Assembly: GCA_003427395.1 (NCBI GenBank)
Contig: BFEA01000019.1
Location: 3,665,378 to 3,709,919, forward strand
DNA from: Chara braunii
Taxonomy: Eukaryota > Plantae > Charophyceae
Length of the DNA: 44,542 bases
Direction: 5' to 3'
Numbering within the stretch: the stretch's first letter is position 1; each line of letters opens with the position of its first letter. The notes beneath the pieces were generated by a model. The model searched no databases and was not told the origin of the DNA. It saw only the letters and a list, made by a program, of their open reading frames with translations. Shown here one piece after another: positions 21,901 to 32,300 of the stretch. Position numbers and translations under genes: made by a program.

Positions 21901-24900
21901 GAGGAAGACACTCAACGTCCTTCTCAACTCCTGCCAGAAGCTGATGAGGATCTATGCGTGAATACATGGCCAAAGCGCATGATTGAGGAAAATGCGATGG
22001 AAGCCCCACCTCTGCAGCAGGGCGCACTGTTCTCAGGGTTCTTGAAGCAGGAGGTGGACGATGCTTCACAAGGGGGCAGGAACAGGGCGCACCGTTCTCA
22101 GGGTCAAAACCATGATGAGAGTGGGGCTTGGCTGACACAGATACAGGAAACTATTGGAAAGGATGGGGATCACCTTCTGACTCTGACGGAGTCAGATGCA
22201 ACGCTTATGTGTGAACCTCCGGTGGCAGACCAGGCCCAGGACTCCTCACACCACCAGGACCCCGCACGGGTTCAGGAGAAAGACTGTGATAACCTCACTC
22301 AGTTATCAGCAGTCCTCGTGGATCAACCGCCCTTCCTATCAGCAGTCCTCGTGGATCAGCCGCCCTTCCTATCGGCAGTCCTCGTGGATCAGCCGCCCTT
22401 CCTTACAAAGCAACAAGGGCTGGATGTGTCTCCTTCAGGCGTGCAGGATGTGGCAAACATATTGGGGCCTTTGAAGACGGAGAAGGTTGATGGCTGTTTG
22501 CAGGCCAAGGAAAAGGAAAAGAGCGGAGAGCTGTTCAAGCTAGAGGAATACGAGGATGTCGCTGCCCAGGTAAGGGGACAAGAGTCCGTGCGAAAGGACG
22601 TTACAGCGCCGCCTCGAGTCTTGCAAGCAGCTGCAAGCATTTTTCGTTCTCCGACGGTGGAGATTGTTGACTCTTGCCAGGCCCTGCAGAATGCTGAAAG
22701 GAATGTGGCAGATGTGCTTCCAGGCGAAGGCAGGCTGCCAGCAGAAGAGGAGGGGATTAAAGAGTCCATGCAAAAGGAGGATGGTAAGGAGCGTCTCCCA
22801 GTTTTGCGAGCAGCGTCAAGTATTGTTCATTCTGTGATGATGGAGGTTGTTGACTTTGGCCAGGACCTGAAGAAGAATCTTGGGAGGGACATGGCAGATG
22901 CTGCACTTCCAGGCGAAGGCAGGCAGCCAGCAGAAGAGGAGCAGACTGTGCAAAGCTCAGGACGGGAACACAAGACTTCACCAGGCCCGAAAGCAGAGCA
23001 TTCCTTTTCAGATAGCGCTACTACTGCAAGGGTTTACCAAAACGAGCCCGATTCCAGTAGTGTACTGAAAGGTGTCGGCATGGAGAAGCCCGTACGAAGT
23101 CCGATGGAAAGCGCAGCAGAGATGAGATTGGAGCACAAGGCCGTGGAGGACAGGACCTCGATCAACGACAGAAACTCCACTGCTGAGCCTGCTGCTGAGG
23201 ATGGGCAGCCTAGTGGTGGATCGCTTTATGAGGAAAGCAGTGTGTGCCAGAACAGCGGTCACCCGAGGCAAGATGACCAATGCATGCAAGGGTCACAGGA
23301 CTTGCTGTCGTCCCAAATGCCATCCCCGAAATCGGACTTAGAAGCCGCTCCGGTTCCAGAGGAGGAACTGGGCATCGTGCAGTCGGTATTAGAGAGTGGA
23401 TCACAGCAGCAAGTGATGATGGCCTTGGAAGAAGACAGCAACGTTGCGGACCCGACATCCTTGCGATTCCGAGAAAGCAGATCACAATCAGGGCGCAATG
23501 TATCAAACGAGGAGAACGACGAGTCTCAAGTGCGATCTCAAGAAGATGGAAAGTGTGCCGACAAATCTCCCGAAAAAAGGCACACAGAAGCAGAAAGTCC
23601 AGCCCACTCTGCAGCCACAGGGAAAGGGATGGAAGAAGGGTGTCTGAAAGGTGATGGCTGCGAGGGTATCCCGGAGTCCGTCGTCCTTGAGGGATCTGTT
23701 ACAGGGGTGCATGAGGAGCATAGCTCGTCTGAGAGTCGTCAGCTGGCTATCGGATCAGCACAAGTGGAGGCAAGGGACACAGTTGTGGCTGCTCCAGCAT
23801 CAAGCATGAAGGCGAAGGTGACTGTGGACTTGGATGGCGCCGACAACCGACTGCCATGTGGGCAACTTCTGCACGAGGAGGAAACGGTCGCACTACCATT
23901 AGTCCGTGTTGAAAAGGAGGGGAACACTGGCAAGGGCATGATAATACAGGCAGAAGGAGATGTTGATCGCTTGGCTCGGGCAGAAGTGATCGACTATGTG
24001 AGAGGTCAAGATTGGGTTGGACGTGGCGAAGGGAAAGAAGCGGGTGATGTTCCATCACTGCTAGAATCCCTACTAGTCAAAGCGGTGAAGGCATGGGAGA
24101 AGAGAAGGGTTGTTTCGATTGATGAAGAAAATGCCCGTGCAAAGAAGGAAAGAGAGGGCATTCACAGGAGGAGGATAGAAAGAGAAAGAGACAGAAAAGA
24201 GAGAGAGGCAAAGGTGGAGAGCAAGCAAAAAGAGGCGAAGTGGACATCCATGACGCCTGTTGGGAGGGAGGAGGGAGGAGAGACTGTAACGGATCTTCAG
24301 ATGCATTTCAAGACAGAGGCCAAGGATCCAGATGCCGAGGCCAAGAGGGATGCCAAGAGGGATGCGGCAGATCTTCCGATGCATTTCAAGACAGAGGACG
24401 ACGATTCAAATGCAGAGAAGACTGAGAAGGAGTCAAATACTAAGAGGGATGTGTCTGACGACGGTACTGGGCTACACAATGCAATGGACACGCATGCGAA
24501 TTTGCCGACGGAGGCAAAGACAGGACAGCTTGAGGTTGTTACAAAGACGATCGCTGGCACAGACATGAAGATGAAACCAAAAGCTAGAACAGACGATGAA
24601 ATCAAGGCCGGCACTGAGGGGGGTGAGATAGTAGTGCCTAAGAAGTTAGGGCATGTTTTAGCTACACAGGTTTGGACAGAGGCCATAAAGGATACAGAGA
24701 TTTTCTTCAAGCCAGAGGCTGATATGAAGGAGGAGGTAGACGCTAAGACAAAGGCGGTAGAAAGAGAGGTGAGGATGAAAAAAGGGGACAAGGAGGAAAG
24801 AGAAGGAATGGCAGTGAGTGTTACGGAGACATGCGACGAGAAGGTCAAGGAGAAGGACAAGGTGGAAAAGAAACGAATGAAAGTGAACGTCACAGAAACG

Positions 24901-25698
24901 TGTGACGAAAAAGCGGAAGAGAAGGAAGTGAGTGAAACAAATGGGCCAAAAATGAACGCTGCGGTGGAAGCTAATAAGACAGACAGGGCGAAAAGAGAGG
25001 TGGGGATGAAGATGAAGATGGACAGAGAGGAGAAGGAAGCAGTGGGAATCAAGGAGACAGAGAGAGCGGAGAAAGAGAGAGAGGAGGAGGAGGAGAATTA
25101 CGAAGTGGGAATGAAGGTGACAGAGAAGTATGAGAACATGATAGAGGAGAAGGGACTGAGTGAAACAGATGGACTACTACTGGAGATGGAGGAAGGGAAA
25201 AGGGAGGTGAAGGATGCGAGAGAAAAAGAGAATGTAGAGAAGGCCGCATCTGGTCCAGTCAAGGACGTCGTGAGAACTCTGGCGTCCAGGCTCTTAACAG
25301 TAGTAGAGGGAGGCGTCCCTCTGGTTCACCCACAGCTGGGGAAGAAGAAGTCAGAAGATGGTCATGCAAAGAACAGCGGCAACAGTCCGAGGGTCACTTC
25401 AGATGCAAGGTGGGTGCAGAACGCACGGACGGACACGGACATGCAACATGTGGTACGCGATGAGCAGGTGCCTTTTGCCGGGAGAAGTGAGACGACAGAA
25501 ATCATCGACGAGAAAACGGTTAAGAGCATAGCAGTGACATTAGAGAGCAGGCAAAGGATGCAACCAAAGGACGCGGTGGGGAGGAACATTACGGAAGCGG
25601 CGGAAGGCACGGCCTCTTTTCGTACGGTTTCCTCGGAGCAAGACGCGAGAAAGATCAAATCGGCAATCAGAATACAAGCTTCATGGCGAAGATGCATG
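9958..25698 (+). CDS. Giant coding exon A (~15.7 kb, 5,247 codons from first in-frame ATG) of a ~8,178-aa IQ-motif protein; mostly low-complexity/disordered (Pro tracts, E/D/S-rich), ending in the first IQ motif
   Basis: Stop-free frame 9823..25788. Simple repeats inside it are frame-preserving trinucleotides (CCT, GAG, GAT), whereas the flanks are full of homopolymers and dinucleotide runs. It ends ...IRIQASWRRCM|GTAAGT at 25698/25699 followed by poly-T, so the ORF tail VSFFLFFFFF is intron read-through. True start is uncertain: the ORF track begins at a TTG and upstream exons are possible. Confidence 0.85.
22303..22401 (+). repeat. Coding tandem repeat 33 nt x3 (LSAVLVDQPPF)
   Basis: Three near-identical TATCAGCAGTCCTCGTGGATCAGCCGCCCTTCC units. 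Confidence 0.9.
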
Positions 25699-26235
25699 GT
25701 AAGTTTTTTTCTGTTTTTTTTTTTTTTTGAAGAAAAAGAAAGGATAGAACGAAATATCAACAACAGGGGAGAAGTTAAGTCTCTTTAGAAAAAAAAAGAG
25801 AAAAAAGGCAGCAGATTTCTGGCAAAAAAGATGTCTGGCATGCTCGTTCGCTGGCATCCTGCTTGGAGAATGAGGGAGCATGTGAGATAGTAGTGGAAAG
25901 AGGAAAGACCAACAGCAAGAGAGCAGCAGAAAGGGGGAGTAAAAGAGATTGGAATGGCTGTTATTCTTGTTCGCATGAGAGAAGCAGGTTGATGTGCTCA
26001 TGTAATCTTTCTTTTCTTAGAAAAAAAAAATACAAAGACGCAAGGGTATGGAGGTCAGGATATTATGACCTAGACTCTTGGAGGTGGAAAAGGAACCAAA
26101 AAATGTTGCTGTCCAGCATAGAATGCTGGAGCCAAGCCCTGAGGTTGCATGTCCATCAAAAAAAAAAGAAAACATAGACTCGTTGTCAGCCATGGGAATA
26201 TCAGTGAGAACCTCGAGCAAGGTAGCACCATCCTA

Positions 26236-26340
26236 CAGTCTTCACCCGAATAGAACGCACGGTCATTATAGCTGTATTTGGGGCAACTTCCGCTCCAGAT
26301 ACAGCTATAATTATCGGGCGTTCTATTCGGGTGAAGACGG
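26236..26340. mobile_element. ~105-bp palindromic MITE, TA-flanked (Tc1/mariner/pogo-type), family 1, in intron 1
   Basis: TA|CAGTCTTCACCCGAATAGAACGC...GCGTTCTATTCGGGTGAAGACGG|TA; long TIRs that extend to TTATAGCTGTAT/ATACAGCTATAA. Confidence 0.8.
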
Positions 26341-26747
26341 TAGCCACTGACGCCTACCAACCGAATGGAGGAACCGACCAATAGGAGCAGACTATACAGG
26401 ATTTTGCTTACGAAGACAGTCAACCCAACCAACAGTGAAGGAAGGGAGGAAGGAGGTGGGAAGGGAGGAGGAGGGAGAGAGGGAGAGAGGGAGGTGGAGG
26501 GAGAGAGGGAGGTGGAGGGAAAGGAAGGAAGGAGGGAAGGAAGGGAGGGAAGGAAGGGAGGGAGGGAGGGGAGGGATGGGAGGCAAGGGAGGGAAATGAA
26601 ATGAAATTAATTAGGCTGCAACAGGGTAGGACTACCACTCGTCTAGGTGCGGAGGTGTTGGGACTTGGTCTTTCTCAGGTGGACAATACCTACCATGTGC
26701 GCATTTTGTGATTCTTTATTTATGTGGTTATTTTAAGCCCCCACGGT

Positions 26748-26953
26748 CCTCCAGTACAGTACTTTTCACCCTTCGTGTGCCGATCCTGGCCTGGAATTGC
26801 CCTGCGCGGCATGTGCCCAAAGAAAAGGGAACCGCTGTGGGTCTTCTTTTGGCTGCCGTCGCCAGCCATTTTGCCCCAGTAGGCCAACCCCAGAAACTTG
26901 CACCTGTATGCGTGCCGCATTGGAGAAAAATGGCTGGGTACTGTACTGGTGGT
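26748..26953. mobile_element. MITE family 2-related copy in intron 1
   Basis: CCTCCAGTACAGTAC...GTACTGTACTGGTGGT|TTAA inverted termini. Confidence 0.55.
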
Positions 26954-27091
26954 TTAACATTTTCTGACTTTTATTAATTTTTTAATATTTTTAATATTTT
27001 TATTGCATTTGCCGGGCCTTTTGTGATTTCTCCTGTGACTTCCATGTCATGCTCACATTTACCCCATGCGTCCGCTGTGGGATTATTGCAG

Positions 27092-27139
27092 GCAAGGAGA
27101 GCATACGAACGACAATTGTATCTGATTGAGAAGTTGCAG
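27092..27139 (+). CDS. 48-nt phase-0/phase-0 microexon encoding ARRAYERQLYLIEKLQ (linker between IQ1 and IQ2 plus start of IQ2)
   Basis: TTGCAG acceptor (AG at 27090-27091), CAG|GTGAGT donor at 27140, branch-like CTCAC at about 27052. Length is divisible by 3 and it completes two IQ motifs spaced 23 aa apart when joined to the flanking exons. Confidence 0.85.
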
Positions 27140-29385
27140 GTGAGTGGCCTGCTGCGAATTATAGATGGTAACCACTTCCACATGTTTTTTTTTTTTTTTT
27201 TTTTTTTTTTTCCCCTCCCACATGGTCATGAATGTTACATAAGGATTGGTTATTTCAACTTATTTGAAATTTGAAACAAAAAAAGAAGAAAGATGCACAG
27301 TTGGGCACCGTGTAGCCTGTTTTAGAAAGAGTGAAGACTCCGATCTTCTGAAGACCTGCAAATCGTTACGTGCAAGGACAAATCGTCTGGCTTTTTAGGA
27401 GGGCATGAACTCAGGGCAAACTCACACGCTAAGCCTGGTCACGTAGCCCCCCGCAGTCACGCGCAGCGCAGTGTGAATATGCCCTTTTTGGAAGTTTTCT
27501 CCTTTTTTTTCTATTTCTAAAGGGCGACAGCCTTCAGGCGTCATCTTCACACTGACCGGCCCCAGTTATATTCAGACTTATCTACTGACCTGAGTTGAGC
27601 AGGATTCGAACTGCGATGTGTATTTCAACAGTTTTTTTTTTTTTTTTTTTTTAAGTTTTTTTGGATGTTAACGATCATGGATCTTCCAACCATAGTGGGG
27701 AGAGGCATGGGTGTGTTCTTTTTATAAATTTATTTTCTTCTGATGTGTTCCACTGGACTTGTGTCTCCAGAATGGAAACTTAGGATTTATGTAACACTGG
27801 GGGGGGGGAAAAAAGGAACGGAGTTCAAAATTCGAGTAGAATGCATTTAAAATTTAAATAAATTAATTTTTAAATTTTTAAATTTTAAATCTTCCATCGG
27901 ATTACTCCGGCAAAATTGCTTGGAATTCAGTTGAGAGTCGAGACTCGAGAGTTTTGTCTTCAGATTCTAGACCAGGATTTACAAACCCTCGCTTGAAAAG
28001 AATTGTGGTAAGATGCGTGCGCTTCAGACAAGACTGGCTGGCACAAATGGATCACAGTTTAACGGCGTTAATGGGTCGACGACTCGGCGAGTAAATTGAT
28101 ACCGCCGTTAAACTGTGATCTAGATCACAGCTTAACTGGGTTGTGCTAATGGGTCACGTTAGTGGGTCACGTTAATGGGTCACGTTAATGGGTCACGTTA
28201 ATGGGCACAAATGGATCACAGTTAATGGGTTGCGTTAATGGGTTGTGCGAGCGCTTCAGACAAGACTGGCTGGCACAAATGGATCACAGTTTAACGGCGA
28301 CTCGGCGAGTAAATTGATACCGCAAGGTGAGGAAACCCTTAGGTGTAGGCGTAACGAAATTGTAGATAGATGTAAATCAATTCGACACGAAACCCTTAGG
28401 TGATCTAGCCATGAACGGGTTGAAGGGGCCGGGACACAAAAAAAAACACGCAGCGCAAGAACAGAGTTACTCTCTCATGCCGGTTCTCTATGTCTCCCTC
28501 TCCCTTAACTTCTACTCTCTCTTCCCCTACCTCTCTTTATAGTCTGGCGTGACGTTCCTCTACTTTCGTAGCACTTGACCTACTCCCTTCGACTACTACT
28601 ACTCCATAGCCACGGAGGTCATCGTCCTCACCCTCAAGATCCACCTCTTCAACACACAGCTTGCCTAACTCACCCTCAGGACGGAGCAGCAAACTGCCGG
28701 TTGGATGTGCCGGCCGGCCTTCTCATGACACCGAATGATGTCTTCATGACTCCCGGCCTCCCGTCCCTCGCTCACTGGGCACATCAGCCTGTACCGGTGC
28801 TCTAGACCTAATCCTCCCGGGGGACCGGTCCGGGACACAAAAACACGCAGCGCAAGAACAAAAGCTAGTTCACAGGCATAACACCCAGACACTCGGGAAA
28901 AATAGCGATCGAACTCAAACTTGAAATCTTCAGCGAACTGCAGAAATCTCATACTATGTGCATTGAAGGACTGCGTGGGCACAAGGAACCTCCCAAGTTG
29001 TTTTCTTCACTACAGTGAGCTTTTGTTGTGCGCTCGTTTTGACAGAAGCGAATTCAGGCGACACACCGACACCTCTTTTAGCATGCAAGTTGATGCCACG
29101 ACAAAACCCTTGTGGGGGATTGCGGTTACCGTAAACACCCTTTTAGCTAGTGTTTGAACTCTGAAGGAATCATTTTGCTTCCCCAAAGCAGCTAGTGCGT
29201 TGCAACTGTATCGATCCCAGATTTACCATGGAATTTTTTTTTTCATCCACTCTTGCCCAAGAGATCTTGTTGATTACCTTTTTTCCAGCGGCTTGACCTC
29301 TTTGATTCAATCTCATGGATGCGATCACTCATTTAATAATCGAATGTTGTTTCATCCATTGTTCACTCGTCTTCTCTTCATCCAG
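27140..29385 (+). other. Phase-0 spliceosomal intron (2,246 nt)
   Basis: GTGAGT...TCCAG ends; contains poly-T runs and tandem/direct repeats. Confidence 0.8.
28018..28323 (+). repeat. Intronic direct repeat enclosing a 13-bp minisatellite (GTTAATGGGTCAC)n
   Basis: GCGCTTCAGACAAGACTGGCTGGCACAAATGGATCACAGTTTAACGGCG occurs at about 28019 and 28251; the tandem units lie at about 28147-28243. Confidence 0.8.
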
Positions 29386-32300
29386 GCTGTGGTGAGAGGG
29401 TACTTTGTCAGGAAGTACTCACCAAGAGCGGTGTGGTTCATGGGCCAGATTGTTAGGGCAAGAGCCAGGGCATTAGAAGCAGAGAGAGCGATGTCAATCA
29501 TTGCGTCGGGAGGGGAGGAGCCTGTTGTGGACATGGTGCACCAGTTTGAGTCTGTAGAGGTAAGGCAGAGGAGGCGCATCCGACAGGCTGCGTTGGCACG
29601 CGCACGAATGAGGTCCAAGAGCTGGAGAGAGGGTAGTGGGAGGTGGAGTGATCTCGGCAGCAGCAGTGGGAGTGGGCGTTTATGGAGTGGGGACGGTGGC
29701 GAAAGCAGCAGCGGCGAATTGGCAACGGCAACTAGCATAACGGTGGATCCAAGGAGGAGTTCGGGTAATGCGTGGGGAATTACAGACGAGTTCAGAGACA
29801 TTGGAACGGACACCGAAGAGAAGGGTTCGAAGGGTTCGAAGGGGGGGTTCAAATGGAAGGATAAGCGGCTGGAGCAACTGCAGGAGAGAATAGCGAAGGC
29901 AGAGGCAGGGCTTGCGAAAGCTCGGGCGCGGAAAGCGCGAGTGAATGCATCTGAACGACGGCCTTGGTCTGTCTTAGCTGCCATAAAGGAAGGGAAGTGG
30001 TCAGGGCGTAGTGCCGATCAGCACAGCAGGTCAGTGGTAAAGGTAAGTCCAGGAACGGAAAAGTCCACAGAGCTCCCTCCTGCCACGGTGAGTCCCGCAA
30101 AGAAGATGGGATGGTCTTCTGGGCCCAAAGTTTTGTCGTCGGGACCACAGTCTGTCCCTAGGAAGTCTCCAGAACCAAGCCTGACAGTGGCGGACGATGA
30201 GAAGAAGGAAAAAGGAAGCGGAAGCGGAAGGGGAAGGAAGAACCTCGGTGCAAAAATCGATGAACTATATGGGAAGACACTGGGGCGTAGCTGGGGGAAA
30301 CACAAGGGACAGCAGCAGGTTGTTGGATCAGATGTTGCTGACACAGAAGGCCAACCTGAGGACCAGAGGCGGCAAGAGCTCGAGCAGGCTGCCGAGAAGG
30401 AAGAAGAAAGTGTGCGGAAATTGGCAGACCTGCGCGAAGCGCAGAAGCTGGCTTCTCTTCGAAGAGACGAGGATCGTACTGCGGCAAGAGAGAGAAAGGC
30501 TGCACGATCGGCAGAGCGCCGCCGAGATGCAGAACAGGCTGCCGAGCGACGTCGTGAAATTCAGAACCTGTGGGAGCAGCGACGCAAAGCCGAAGAGACA
30601 TTGCGAAGGAGGGAAGAGGCTGAGCAACTCCGCGGCACCGAGGCCACAAGTTTGACAAGCTTGAAAGCCCGAAATAGCGGTAGGGCAGAGGCGGTCGAGA
30701 GTGGCGGTGCAGCATCTGAGCTGCAGAAACAACTTGAGAAGTTTTCGGCACGGCGAAGGAGAACGGAACTGGCTGAGGAGGAGCGCCGGAAAGCTGAAAA
30801 GTCTGGCGAGCTGAGGGCACTGGATATGAGGATAGAGATGCTGGAAAAGGAAGATGGGATGAAACGAGCAGCAGCGCAGGCAGCAGACCTCAAAAGGCAG
30901 TTCGAGATGGCTGAAGAGGCGAGAAGGGAGGCAGAGAGGGCCGAAGCAGAAAGAAGCGAAGCACAGATGTTGACTCAAGGGCAAAAAGATGTGGAAAAAG
31001 CTGCAAAGCTACACAGCGACTTGATTAGGAAAGAGCTTCTCCGCCGTGAAAGGGAGAAGGCCGCTGAACAGAGCAATGAACTTGAACGGACTTTGGCAGT
31101 CATACGAGATGGAGTGAAGGCACTTGGACGCCGACGTCAACCCAATTCAAAAATGCAAAACGTTAGTCCGCTTGATGACCTGCGGCCAAAACAAGATAAT
31201 GCAGAGAAGGTCGATACGAAGGAGGAGGGAAGCAGTGAAGAACCTGAAGATGAGGTCGGGAGGATTGCTCGCAGTGCGCAAACACGGTCGCTGACTCCAG
31301 CAGCAGGGCCATCCTCAGTACTTGCTGCAGTTTCCCATCCTGGAAAGGAGGATGAGGAAGGCTCATTCATGCTTCGCAACGGGGAGGAGAAGCGGGCAAA
31401 GCCAGGCAAGAATGTAGGGCGCCTGTTTCCGGAGTCTTTTGCCGGAGACGGGGGCGAGCAGGCTCATCAGAGCAGCGACAACCAGCTTCAGAGTGGGACC
31501 GAGCGAGTACAGAGTGAGATGGAAGAGATGGCAGTGAGTGAGCTTCGTAGTACACAGCAAAAGGTTTTGAACAGGGACGAGAGGGAAAAGGGTGATGAGG
31601 AGGAGGTACGCATCTCCGGTGATGGCAATGCCCCAGGCACAGTAGTAAGTGGGGAACCAGAGATGCACGTTTTAGAAGCGCAAGGGGAAAGGAGCATCAA
31701 AAGAAATGCTGACATAAGGAATCCAGAGAGTGTGCCCGTGACGAAACAGGTGCGATCCACGACAGTAGCAATGAGAATAGCTCAGCTGCAAAAACAAGCA
31801 ACAGTGCAGAAGAGCCGAACGGAAGAGGCATCATCCGTGCACGTGCCGGTAGGAGGACCCAAGAGGGAACCCACCATAGAGGAGAGGAAGGAGAAGAAAG
31901 GGGTAGTTGAGGCATTAAAGCCGGTTGCAAGCCTCAAAGGAGCATGGCAAGGGACAACACATCTTGTGGTGGCGCCTCAGAAGCCAGGGGAGTTGGGAGT
32001 TTCCATGGAGAAGAAGGCGGGTGAGGCACCGATGCCGGTCTCAGACCTCAAAGAAGCATCACAAGGGGAAGCGCATGCCGCAGAGGCAACCCAGAAGTTA
32101 GTGGAGAACGAGGATTTGAAAATGGTTAAGAAACTGCTGCAGAAGGTGAGCAAGGCAGTCCACATGGGTGGTAGTAAGGGTGGCGTGGCAAGCAAAATGT
32201 GGCAGCCTCCAGAGAAGACAGAGCATCGTCCCAGCAAGGTTCGCGTTGCCTCCGCGTTACTTGATATCGGAGCACAGAAGGCTGATCAGCTGCTTTTGGA

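Larger units (their letters stand above)
25699..27091 (+). other. Phase-0 spliceosomal intron (1,393 nt)
   Basis: GTAAGT...TTGCAG ends; contains poly-T/A runs, purine repeats and two MITEs. Confidence 0.8.

Noticed and set aside
25699-25788. C-terminal tail of the 5,321-aa ORF (VSFFLFFFFFEEK...)
   Set aside because: Begins at a consensus GTAAGT donor and runs through poly-T; it is intron read-through.
28018-28323. Repeat-spacer-like arrangement (CRISPR-like?)
   Set aside because: Eukaryotic intron, no unique regularly sized spacers and no cas genes; it is a minisatellite within a direct repeat.
29200-29385. N-terminal 62 aa of the 2,977-aa ORF
   Set aside because: TTG start and T-rich sequence ending in a polypyrimidine tract + CAG; intronic.
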